In this document: positions 1-8,393 of the stretch, piece after piece | Layout: each line of letters opens with the position of its first letter | Position numbering within the stretch: the first letter of the stretch is position 1 | Source of the DNA: Gemmata obscuriglobus | Lineage (GTDB): Bacteria; Planctomycetota; Planctomycetia; Gemmatales; Gemmataceae | Length of the DNA: 32,000 nucleotides | NCBI RefSeq assembly: GCF_008065095.1 | Contig: NZ_CP042911.1 | Span: 6,780,001 to 6,812,000, forward strand | Direction of reading: 5' to 3' | Position numbers and translations under genes: made by a program | Notes under the pieces: generated by a model | Database searches by the model: none | Seen by the model: only the letters and a program-made list of their open reading frames with translations | Told to the model about the DNA's origin: nothing

Positions 1-3000
1 GTGGTCGAGGATGCTGCGGGACCGCTCCTCGCTCTCCCGGCGCCGCTCCTCGGCGAGCCGCCGGTCGGTCACGTCGGTGTGGGACACCACCACCGCCCCG
101 CGCCCGTGCCGCAGCGGGGCGACGTTCATCAGGAACCAGCGCCGCGCGGCCCGGGTGTGGCACGAGTAGTCGAAACTGGCCCGCTCGGCCCGCCCGTCCA
201 GAACCTGGCGGATCAGCTCGGCGGCCGCGGCCGCGTCGGCGCAGCCGGCCGCGGCGCTGCGCGCGCACACGTCGAGGTAGTTGGTGCCCAGCCCGCTGTG
301 CGGCCCCCGCCCGTCCGGCCGCCGCGCGCCCTCGGCGGTGGCGCGCCACGCGTGGTTCACGGCGATCAGCTCGCCGCTCCGGTCGAGTACCGCGATGTGC
401 GCCGGCATCGCGTCCAGCACCCCCTGGATGAACGCGGCCTGCTCCCGCAGCTCCGTCTCGGCCCGCTTCCGCTCGGTAATGTCTTTGATCTGAGACACGA
501 AGTACAGCGGCTCCCCGCGGGCGCCCCGCACCAGCGACACAGCCAGCAGCGCGTGGATCGTGTGCCCGCCCTTGTGGATGTACCGCTTCTCCATCTGGTA
601 AGCGGCCAGGGCGCCGCTCAGCACCTGCTCGACCTGCGCGACATCGGCGCTCAAGTCGTCCGGGTGGGTGATCGTCTGGAAGTCGGTCGCGAGCAACTCG
701 CCGGGTTCGTACCCGAGCATCTGACACAGGGCCTGGTTCGCCTTGAGCCACCGGCCCTCGGGGGACACCAGCGCGATGCCGATGGGCGCGTGGTCGAACG
801 CCCCGCGGAACCGCGCCTCGCTCTCGCGGAGCGCCTCGTCGGCCCGCACCCGCGCGGTGACGACCTGAGTGAACATGATAAGGCCGCCGACCTCGCCGCC
901 GGCGGCGCGCCACGGGCGGCACTCCCACTGGAGCCACTCTACGGCCCCGTCGGCCCGCGGGAACGGCTCCTCGGGGCACGCCTCGACCGCCCCGGCCAGC
1001 ACCCGGCGGTGGACCGCCTTCCACCGCTCCGGGGCGTCCGGGAACACGTCGTAGTGGGACCGCCCGATGATGTCCCGGTCGCTCAGCTTGTAATCGGTGA
1101 GCCACCGGTCGCTGGCCTGCACGTACCGCATGCCGGCGTCCAGCATGGCGATCGCCGCCGGCGCGTGCTTGATGAACTGGCGGAGCAGCGCCTCGGTGGC
1201 GGCCAGTTCCTCGGCGGCCCGCCGGATCGCGGTGATGTCGCGCCCCTCGGGGATCAGCAGCCGCACGGCCCCGGTGTGGTCGCAGAACGGCTTGAGCGAG
1301 AAGTCCACCCGGATCGGGGCGCCGTCCGCCGCGGCGTGCGTGGCCTCGAACCGGATCGTCTCGCCGCCCGCGGCGCGGGCGACCGCGTCCCGGAGCCGGG
1401 CCTGTTGCTCCGGATCGTGCGCCCACCACGCGGTGTCCCAAAACGGCTTGCCGATCACGTCGGCGTCGGACAGCCCGGCGGCGGCCAGCGCGGTCCGGTT
1501 GGCCTCGAGCAGCGTGCCGTCGGTGGACATCAGCCCGATGAACTGGAACGACTGGTCGAAGATCGCCCGGAACCGCGCCTCGCTCTCGCGGAGCGCGGCC
1601 TCGGACCGCCGCGCCGCGCTCACGTCCCGGATCACGATCACCCCGCCCTCGATCCCGTTGGGGCCGACCACCGGGCGCCCGGTCACGCTCACAGGCACCC
1701 CGTCCGGGCGGGCCGCGTCGACGATCACCAGCTCCACGTCGTCGCAGGATTCGCCGCGCACCGCACGGACGATGGGCAACCGGTCGAGCGGGCACGGCGT
1801 GACGCCGTCGGGCAGGTACACCCCGTACCTTTGGGCCACGTCGGCCGTTACGTGTTCCGCCGGGACCGGGTGCAGCCGCTGGAACGCGCGGTTCTGGAGC
1901 AGCACCCGGCCGTCCCGGTCGGCGACCAGCACCGCATCGCCCAAGCTGTCCAAAATGGTCTCGAGCAGTTGCTTCTGCTCGCGCAGGGCGTCCACGGCGC
2001 TCTGAAGCTCACGCGCCCGGGCCTCGGCCACCGCGGTGCGCTCGGCCACCCGCCGTTCCAGTTCCTCGTTCAGCCGCCGCACCTCGGCCTCGGCCTGTTT
2101 TTGCTCGGTCACGTCCACCGACAGCCCGAGGAGCCCGATCACCCGCCCGGTGTCGTCCCGGTACGGCACCTTGGTGGTCTGGAGCCACCGGGTGCCCGTG
2201 AACGTGAACAGCGGCTCGACCGCGGTCCGGGCCGGGCCGCCGTCGCGCATGATCTCCTCTTCCTGGCGCCGGTAGTCGGACGCGTGCGGGGCGCCGAGTT
2301 CCGAGTCGGTGTGCCCCAGCAGCGCGTCCGGCGGCAGCCCCACCACGCGGGCCATCTCGTTGTTGACCCGCACCAGCCGGTGCCGCCGGTCCTTGTAGAA
2401 GATGAGCGCCGGCACGGTGTCGAGGATCAACTGGAGTTCGGCCCGCTGGCGGGCGAGGTCGGCCTGCGCCCGCTTCAGATCGTCGATGTCCGTGGACGTG
2501 CCGAGCCACCCGCCCGGCCCGGGGACGGGGACCGCCCGCGCCAGAAACCACCGGTACGCTCCGGTCGCGGCCCGGAGGCGGAACTCGTGCTGGAACTCGC
2601 CGCCGGCCGCCTGTGCGGTCGCCCACGCGGCCCGCATTTTCGGCTCGTCGTCCGGGTGCAGCGCGAGGGCCAGCGCCGCGTCCGACAGGCCGGTCAGCCC
2701 GGTGTACTCGGTCCAGCGCCGGTTCAGGTACGCGGTCCCGCCGTCGGGCGCCGTCGCCCACACGATCTGGGGCATCGCTTCGGTCAGGTGGCGGAACTTC
2801 GCCTCGCTCGCCCGCAGCGCGGCGACCGCCGCCTCGCGCTCGCGCAGCACCGCGCTGAGCACCAGCGAGGTGACGACCACGACGGCCAGGAACACGTCGA
2901 GGAGCAGCAGCGCCTGGTGGAAGTCGGCGTGAACGAACGGCCCGGTCCCGCGGACCGTGGCCCACACCGCGAACGCGGCGATCACGACGACCGCGAGCGT

Positions 3001-3726
3001 GGCCCCGCGCGGGCCGAACCGCACCGCCGCCCACACCAGCAGCGGCAGGCTGAGGTACGCCAGCGGCGCCGCCCCGCCCCCCACCCACCCGCCGAACACC
3101 AGGGCGCACGAGCCGATCAATAGGGCGAACAGCGCGCCGGCCTCGGCGGACGGCCGGCGGGGCCGGTCGCCCCGCGCGACGCAGAGCACCACCGGGGCCA
3201 CGACCAGCGCGCCGGCAATGTCGCCGATCCACCACGTCCACCACACGGCGGGCGCCACGGCCCAGCCGCCCGGTCCGGTCGCGCCGACGGCGCACGCGCC
3301 GGCGGTCGCCCCGATCAGGCACGTGAGGGGGACAATAGCTACGAAGCGGAACGCGTCGCGGGCGCGGTCCAGCGCGCCCGCCGGGCCGACGAGGGAGCGT
3401 ATCAGGCCGGCACCCGCCAGCGCCTGGAGCGTGGAGCCGGTGGCAATTACGGCCGACGAAATGAGGTGCGCGGCGAACGGCCCGGAGCGGTTCGGGGAGA
3501 ACGCGTCCCACAGGTTGGCCGCGAACGCGCCGAGCCACACGCCCGGCCACGCCCGGAACCGCGTGAGCAGCACGGCGGCCAGGGCGAGCCCGGACGGCGG
3601 CCACACCGCGGTGGCCTTGAAGTCCGGCGGAAGCGCCAGGAGCAGCCCCAGGCGCGCGGTCGCCACGTAGGCGACCGCCAGCCCCAGCGCAACGGCCCAT
3701 GGCCGGCGCGCAGCTCGCGTGTGCAT
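1..3726 (-). CDS. MASE1-domain membrane sensor with at least seven tandem PAS domains; partial, because the C-terminal output domain lies beyond the left window edge
   Basis: Absent from the ORF track because no stop codon lies inside the window. Reverse-complementing the frame-1 codons gives an open frame from ATG at 3726-3724 to position 1, with an in-frame TGA just upstream at 3729-3727. The N-terminus MHTRAARRPWAVALGLAVAYVATARLGLLLALPPDFKATAVWPPSGLALAAVLL plus ~280 aa of hydrophobic helices looks MASE1-like. It is followed by repeated PAS units with typical linkers: ALRASEAKFRHLTEAMPQIVW, ALRESEARFRAIFDQSFQFIGLMSTDG, ALRESEARFRGAFDHAPIGIALVSPEGRWLKANQALCQMLGY and ITERKRAETELREQAAFIQGVLDAMPAHIAVLD. 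VTDRRLAEERRRESEERSRSILDH sits at the window edge. Confidence 0.9.
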   Translation of the reverse strand, partial: MHTRAARRPWAVALGLAVAYVATARLGLLLALPPDFKATAVWPPSGLALAAVLLTRFRAWPGVWLGAFAANLWDAFSPNRSGPFAAHLISSAVIATGSTLQALAGAGLIRSLVGPAGALDRARDAFRFVAIVPLTCLIGATAGACAVGATGPGGWAVAPAVWWTWWIGDIAGALVVAPVVLCVARGDRPRRPSAEAGALFALLIGSCALVFGGWVGGGAAPLAYLSLPLLVWAAVRFGPRGATLAVVVIAAFAVWATVRGTGPFVHADFHQALLLLDVFLAVVVVTSLVLSAVLREREAAVAALRASEAKFRHLTEAMPQIVWATAPDGGTAYLNRRWTEYTGLTGLSDAALALALHPDDEPKMRAAWATAQAAGGEFQHEFRLRAATGAYRWFLARAVPVPGPGGWLGTSTDIDDLKRAQADLARQRAELQLILDTVPALIFYKDRRHRLVRVNNEMARVVGLPPDALLGHTDSELGAPHASDYRRQEEEIMRDGGPARTAVEPLFTFTGTRWLQTTKVPYRDDTGRVIGLLGLSVDVTEQKQAEAEVRRLNEELERRVAERTAVAEARARELQSAVDALREQKQLLETILDSLGDAVLVADRDGRVLLQNRAFQRLHPVPAEHVTADVAQRYGVYLPDGVTPCPLDRLPIVRAVRGESCDDVELVIVDAARPDGVPVSVTGRPVVGPNGIEGGVIVIRDVSAARRSEAALRESEARFRAIFDQSFQFIGLMSTDGTLLEANRTALAAAGLSDADVIGKPFWDTAWWAHDPEQQARLRDAVARAAGGETIRFEATHAAADGAPIRVDFSLKPFCDHTGAVRLLIPEGRDITAIRRAAEELAATEALLRQFIKHAPAAIAMLDAGMRYVQASDRWLTDYKLSDRDIIGRSHYDVFPDAPERWKAVHRRVLAGAVEACPEEPFPRADGAVEWLQWECRPWRAAGGEVGGLIMFTQVVTARVRADEALRESEARFRGAFDHAPIGIALVSPEGRWLKANQALCQMLGYEPGELLATDFQTITHPDDLSADVAQVEQVLSGALAAYQMEKRYIHKGGHTIHALLAVSLVRGARGEPLYFVSQIKDITERKRAETELREQAAFIQGVLDAMPAHIAVLDRSGELIAVNHAWRATAEGARRPDGRGPHSGLGTNYLDVCARSAAAGCADAAAAAELIRQVLDGRAERASFDYSCHTRAARRWFLMNVAPLRHGRGAVVVSHTDVTDRRLAEERRRESEERSRSILDH

Positions 3727-3883
3727 TCAGAAAGGTCCCGGCGCCGGGTTGATTCCGGTAGTTTTAAGTTCCACGTTCCAGGTCCCGAGTGGAACCCAAG
3801 GCGGCGCAAATCGCCGGGGATTCGCCGAGCTGGTCCCAACCTGGGACCTGGAACCGGGAACGACTGGGTCAGAAACGGACCCG

Positions 3884-5008
3884 TCATTCGGGTACGGGTA
3901 ACGATAGCATCCAGACGGCGAACGAGGCGAGCCAGTGCTCGCCCGCGTAGTCCCCGCTGGCGATGTGCTTCAGCCCTGCCTCCGCGTGTTTCGCCGCACT
4001 CGCACCGAGGGCCGCGCGGGCCGGGTCGCCCTTCGGCAGCGCGGCCAGCACCCCGCGCAGGCACCACGCGCGGCTCAGGTTCAGCCCGTCCAGGTGGACC
4101 AGTTGCGGGTCCGTGCGGTCGGTGACCGTCGCCGGCTCGAACAGGTTCTTCGGCTCGCCCTTCGCGGCGCCGGGCAGGTACTCGTGGAACCACGTGGCGA
4201 ACTCGGCCGGCCGCAGCACCCGGCGCATCAGGTCCGCCTCGCACAGGCTGGGCGAGAGGAAGTCCGCGCCGTCCGGCTCCCACCGGGCCGGGGCGTCGGC
4301 GTCCTTCGCGTAGTAATCCTTCGCGCGCCGCTCGATCAGCTCTTGCAGCTTCTTGTTACCGGTGGTCCGGGCGTAGTCGTGCGCGAACGCGAGACCGAAC
4401 GCGGTGTTGGAATGCACCCCGGCGCGGATCGGGTACGTCTGCTTCGGGAAGAACTCGACGTACCGGTCCGCGATCAGTTCCGCAAGCGGCTTGAGGTTCG
4501 CGGACCACGTCTTGGCGTCGGGGTCGTCCCAGGTGTGCAGCTCTTCGGCCAGTTTGAGCAGCCATGTCCAACCATAGGGCCGCTCGAACGACTTCGCCTC
4601 CGGGCGGTTGAAATACTCGACTTCGACCTTGATGTTGGCGGCGGTGAGGTGCCCGGACAGGACCGCACGGATCTCCTTCGCTTCGGGCAGGTCGGGGTGG
4701 GCGCGGAGCACCTTCACCAGCATCCAGTGCCCGTGAACGGCCGAGTGCCAGTCGTAGCATCCGTAGAACGCGGGGTGGAGAGCTTTGGGCGTTTTCGCGT
4801 CCTTGTCGTCGAGCAGCACGTGCCCGGGCTTGTTGGGGAACTCGCGCTTCGCGCCCTTGAGCGCGAGCTTCGCAAAGGCCGACGCCCGCTCGCGGGTAAG
4901 GATTTCGGCACCTGGGGCAGGCGGGGCGGGCGGTTCGGCCGCGGATTCGGTAGCGGGCATGAGTGCGAGCCCCAGCAGAGGGACGAAGGCCAGGAGGAAG
5001 CGAGGCAT
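3884..5008 (-). CDS. DUF2891-family protein with N-terminal signal peptide
   Basis: Track ORF 3884..5056. I prefer the internal ATG at 5008 (MPRFLLAFVPLLGLALMPATESAA, signal-like). The region HPAFYGCYDWHSAVHGHWMLVKVL...FERPYGWTWLLKL matches my recollection of DUF2891. Codon third-position GC is high. Confidence 0.8.
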   Translation of the reverse strand: MPRFLLAFVPLLGLALMPATESAAEPPAPPAPGAEILTRERASAFAKLALKGAKREFPNKPGHVLLDDKDAKTPKALHPAFYGCYDWHSAVHGHWMLVKVLRAHPDLPEAKEIRAVLSGHLTAANIKVEVEYFNRPEAKSFERPYGWTWLLKLAEELHTWDDPDAKTWSANLKPLAELIADRYVEFFPKQTYPIRAGVHSNTAFGLAFAHDYARTTGNKKLQELIERRAKDYYAKDADAPARWEPDGADFLSPSLCEADLMRRVLRPAEFATWFHEYLPGAAKGEPKNLFEPATVTDRTDPQLVHLDGLNLSRAWCLRGVLAALPKGDPARAALGASAAKHAEAGLKHIASGDYAGEHWLASFAVWMLSLPVPE

Positions 5009-5256
5009 GGGTGACGATCCGTCTTGGGAAGCGGCGCGAGCCCGGCGGCGCGACACGACTCACTTTACCAACATGAGGGCGCGCCCGCCCGTACAGGCGT
5101 CGGCGGCTCTCGCGGTGGAGCGGGGACTGGTGCCCGGAACAAGCGCCAGACGGAGTGCGGACCCCGGCCACCCGCTCACGCCGATTTCATGTCCCGGTAG
5201 GTAGCATTACCGAGTTTAATGCTCTGGTACACGTCTCGCCCGGAGGGCTGGCAAGA

Positions 5257-6651
5257 ATGAACCGTTTCCGCCCCGTACTCGCGCTCGCCGTGCTGGTCCC
5301 GGCGCTCGCCTCGGACACCCGGGGCGACGACTGGCCCCAGTTCCGCGGTCCCAACGGAACCGGCATCGTTACCGACCCCAAAACGCCGACCGAATGGTCC
5401 GCGGACAAGAACGTCGCCTGGAAGGTGGATGTCAAAGGTGCGGCGTGGTCGGCCCCGATTATTGTGGGCGATAAGGTGCTGATGACGACCGCTTACGCGG
5501 ACGGCCAGCCCAAGCCGAAGTCCGGCGGCGGGTTCGGAGGTGGCGGTAAGGGCGGCGGCGGTGGCGGCAAAGGCGGCGCACCGAAGCAAACGTATCAGTT
5601 CAAACTGGTGTGCCTCGACCGCGGCACCGGCAAAACGGTGTGGGAGAAGGTGGCGAAGGAGGCCCGGCCCACGATCTCGACCCACGGCAGCAACACCTAC
5701 GCGACCGAAACCCCGGTGAGCGACGGCGAGCGGGTGTATGCGTACTTCGGGATGACCGGGCTGTTCTGCTTCGACCTCACGGGCAAGGAGTTGTGGAAGG
5801 CAGACCTCGGCTCGTACTCGATGCAGGCCGGGTGGGGCACGGCCAGTTCCCCCGTCCTGGCGGGCGACAAGCTGATCGTTCAGTGCGACAACGAGGAAAA
5901 ATCGTTCCTGGTCGCGTTCGACAAACTCACGGGCAAGGAGCTGTGGAAGGCGGACCGGCGCGAGAAGTCCGGGTGGAGCACCCCCTACGTGTGGAAGACC
6001 AAGGACCGGACCGATCTGGTCGCGGTCGGCGGTCAGAAGATCCGCGGGTACAACCCCGAAGACGGAAAGATGGTTTGGGAACTGGAAGTCGGCGGCGGAC
6101 AGTGCTCGGCGTCCCCGACCGGCGACGCCGAGCGGTTGTACGTCGGCGTCGGTCAGGGCGGTGGCGGCGGTAAGGGCGGCGGCCCCGGCGCCGGGCGCGG
6201 GGCGGGCACGCTGTTCGCGGTGAAGGCCGGTGCGCAAGGCGACATCACCCCGCAAGCCGGCGCCACGTCCAGCGCGGGGGTAGCATGGTCTGCACCGCGG
6301 GCGTGGCCGGCGGCGTCATCGCCCCTGGCCTACGACGGCTTCGTGTACGTGATCGACCGCAACGGCGGCACCATCAGTTGCTTCGACGCGAAGACTGGTA
6401 AGGCGGAGTACACCAAGGAGCGCATCCCCAACGCGGGGGCGTTCTGGGCGTCGCCGTGGGCCGCGGACGGCAAGATTTTTTGCCTCGACGAGAGCGGCCA
6501 AACGCACGTCCTGAAAGCCGGCAGCGAGTTCGAGGTGGTGCGTGTGAACAAGCTGGGGCGTGACATGTTCTGGGCCACCCCGGCGGCTGCGAACGGGGCA
6601 CTCTTCATCCGCGGGCTGGACGCGCTGTACTGCGTCGGCGCGAAGCAATAG
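5257..6651 (+). CDS. Secreted PQQ-like (BamB-like) beta-propeller repeat protein
   Basis: Track ORF 5155..6651. The start is taken at ATG 5257 (MNRFRPVLALAVLVPALASDTRGDDWPQFRGPNGTG), the signal peptide plus DWPQFRG opening typical of this family. Repeated blade motifs are present, e.g. GKELWKADLG and GKELWKADRREK. Two Gly/Lys low-complexity inserts interrupt the domain. Confidence 0.85.
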   Translation: MNRFRPVLALAVLVPALASDTRGDDWPQFRGPNGTGIVTDPKTPTEWSADKNVAWKVDVKGAAWSAPIIVGDKVLMTTAYADGQPKPKSGGGFGGGGKGGGGGGKGGAPKQTYQFKLVCLDRGTGKTVWEKVAKEARPTISTHGSNTYATETPVSDGERVYAYFGMTGLFCFDLTGKELWKADLGSYSMQAGWGTASSPVLAGDKLIVQCDNEEKSFLVAFDKLTGKELWKADRREKSGWSTPYVWKTKDRTDLVAVGGQKIRGYNPEDGKMVWELEVGGGQCSASPTGDAERLYVGVGQGGGGGKGGGPGAGRGAGTLFAVKAGAQGDITPQAGATSSAGVAWSAPRAWPAASSPLAYDGFVYVIDRNGGTISCFDAKTGKAEYTKERIPNAGAFWASPWAADGKIFCLDESGQTHVLKAGSEFEVVRVNKLGRDMFWATPAAANGALFIRGLDALYCVGAKQ

Positions 6652-6690
6652 CCCCGCACGAGCCACACAACCCGCACCGCCGGAGCGGCC

Positions 6691-6720
6691 CGACACCGCC
6701 TTCGGCGGTGTCGCCTTTTG
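6691..6720 (+). terminator. Rho-independent terminator after the propeller gene
   Basis: CGACACCGC-CTTCG-GCGGTGTCG forms a 9-bp stem and is followed by CCTTTTG. It lies 40 nt downstream of the stop codon at 6651. Confidence 0.7.
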
Positions 6721-6774
6721 TGCCGGTGGCGACCGGTGTACACTAATTGCACACTCGCCACGGACGGACGAACC

Positions 6775-7326
6775 ATGAGCGCCCCGCGCCGAAAGCCCAC
6801 CCCGCTCCCGCCGCTCGACGGCCCGTTCGTCGCGATCGACTTCGAGACCGCGGACCACGGCCCCGACAGCGCCTGTGCGATCGGGCTGGCCCGTGTCGAA
6901 AACAATAAGGTGGTGCGCCGCGAGGCCGTGCTGATCCGCCCGCCGCGCCCGCGGGTCATGTTCACCGAGGTCCACGGCATCACCTGGCCGATGGTGCAGA
7001 ACGCGAGCCCGTTCGGCGACGTGTGGCGGGGCCTGCTCCCGATCATCGAGGGCGCGAAGTTCCTGGCCGCGCACAACGCCTCCTTCGACCGACGGGTGCT
7101 GCACGCCTGCTGCATCGCGGCGGGGTTGGACGTGCCGGCGCTGCCGTTCGTGTGTACGGTGCAGATCGCGCGACGGAAGTGGGCGCTGAAGCCCGCGAAC
7201 CTGCCGGCGGTGTGCCGCCGACTCGGAATCGGGCTGATCCACCACCACGCCGGCTCCGACGCCGAAGCCTGCGCGCGGATCATATTAGCGGCCGCAGCGT
7301 TGGCGAGCGCCGAGGCCGCGAACTGA
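6775..7326 (+). CDS. DEDDh 3'-5' exonuclease (DnaQ / RNase T-like, stand-alone)
   Basis: Track ORF 6718..7326, start taken at ATG 6775 (MSAPRRKP). Exo I is VAIDFETAD, Exo II is LAAHNASFDRRVL and Exo III is HHAGSDAEACARI (the H-x4-D of the DEDDh subclass). Confidence 0.85.
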   Translation: MSAPRRKPTPLPPLDGPFVAIDFETADHGPDSACAIGLARVENNKVVRREAVLIRPPRPRVMFTEVHGITWPMVQNASPFGDVWRGLLPIIEGAKFLAAHNASFDRRVLHACCIAAGLDVPALPFVCTVQIARRKWALKPANLPAVCRRLGIGLIHHHAGSDAEACARIILAAAALASAEAAN

Positions 7327-7332
7327 GGCGGC

Positions 7333-8232
7333 TCACACGTCCCAGTCCCAGAGCACAATCGAACCGCGGGCCGTACCCGCGGCGGCCACGTGCCCGTCGG
7401 GCGAGAGCGCGAGGCACGTCAACCGCCCGGCCTTCCAGGCGAACTCGTGGCGCCTCGTCCAGTTCGCCGTATCCCAAATCTGAACCGTACTGTTCGCAGC
7501 AACCGCCAGGTGCTCACCCCGTGCGGAGAACTCAAGCCGCGGCAACTCATCGCCCGGCACGGGGAACGACGCCACGGGATCGCCGGTATCGGCGTCGATC
7601 ACCTGAACTCCTTCGCCCCTCGATCCGCCCGCGATCTGCGTTCCGTCCGGCGACCAGCGCAGCACCTCACCCCACAGGAGCACTTCGAGCACACGCAGCC
7701 CGGTCGTCACATCGAACACGCCCGCGTTGGTTGCGAGGAAGCGTTCCGATCGGTCGAAGGCCAGGCCGGAAAACGAGTCGGCGTCGGCCGTGCGGAACAG
7801 AACCTCGGCGCTCAGCGTTGAAACGTCCCAGAGGCACAGTTCGCTCCCGAACGGTTCGGCCCGCCAGACGTTCGCGGCGATGAGGCGGGAGGTGACCGCG
7901 AGTTCGGACTCGTACTCGGCGGGGCCGCGGCGGATGAGTTCGGCGCGGCGGTACCGCGCGCCAACGTCCCAGAGTTCCATACCATCGGTCGCGGAACGGC
8001 AAACAAGGTAGCGCCCGTCGCCGGTGAACGCGAGCCGATCGAACCCGTGGCGCACAGCGCGACGGGGCTCGAACTCGCTCCGTTCCGCGACCTGAACCAG
8101 AACGCTCCCGGTGCCGGTCGCCACGTCCCAGACGCGGACCGTGCCATCGACGGAACACGACGCCAGCGAGCGCCCGTCCGGCGCGAACGCGACATCGGAC
8201 ACGCGCAGCGCGTGACCGTTCAGCACCCGCAT
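7333..8232 (-). CDS. WD40-repeat beta-propeller protein
   Basis: Track ORF 7333..8445. Canonical WD repeats start right after the internal ATG at 8232 (MRVLNGHALRVSDVAFAPDGRSLASCSVDGTVRVWDVATG) and run to ...GSIVLWDWDV. A GGAGAAG Shine-Dalgarno-like string precedes this ATG. The longer N-terminus is Arg-rich, non-protein-like, and would overlap the upstream gene. Confidence 0.8.
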   Translation of the reverse strand: MRVLNGHALRVSDVAFAPDGRSLASCSVDGTVRVWDVATGTGSVLVQVAERSEFEPRRAVRHGFDRLAFTGDGRYLVCRSATDGMELWDVGARYRRAELIRRGPAEYESELAVTSRLIAANVWRAEPFGSELCLWDVSTLSAEVLFRTADADSFSGLAFDRSERFLATNAGVFDVTTGLRVLEVLLWGEVLRWSPDGTQIAGGSRGEGVQVIDADTGDPVASFPVPGDELPRLEFSARGEHLAVAANSTVQIWDTANWTRRHEFAWKAGRLTCLALSPDGHVAAAGTARGSIVLWDWDV

Positions 8233-8393
8233 CGATTCTTCTCCGTGGAGCGCGGCCGCACGCGCCGCAAGGCGGACATCTTGCCCGCCTTGCGGCGCGT
8301 GCGGATACGGTTTGCGAGCATTCGCATTGCAATGCCATCGGGCGACCAAGGCGGGCAAGATGCCCGCGCTACACAGAAGAAGCCGGCCGCCGA

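Noticed and set aside
1-3123. 1040-aa + strand ORF, the longest in the track
   Set aside because: It has Arg/Pro/Gly/His-rich low-information composition and no motifs. It is the codon-for-codon antisense of a coherent MASE1 + PAS protein on the minus strand.
2009-3700. 563-aa minus-strand ORF (MGRCAGAGGRLRGDRAPG...)
   Set aside because: It is on the correct strand but in the wrong frame. The composition is Arg/Gly/Ala/Pro junk. The MASE1 + PAS reading frame (codons in phase with position 1) is the protein-like one.
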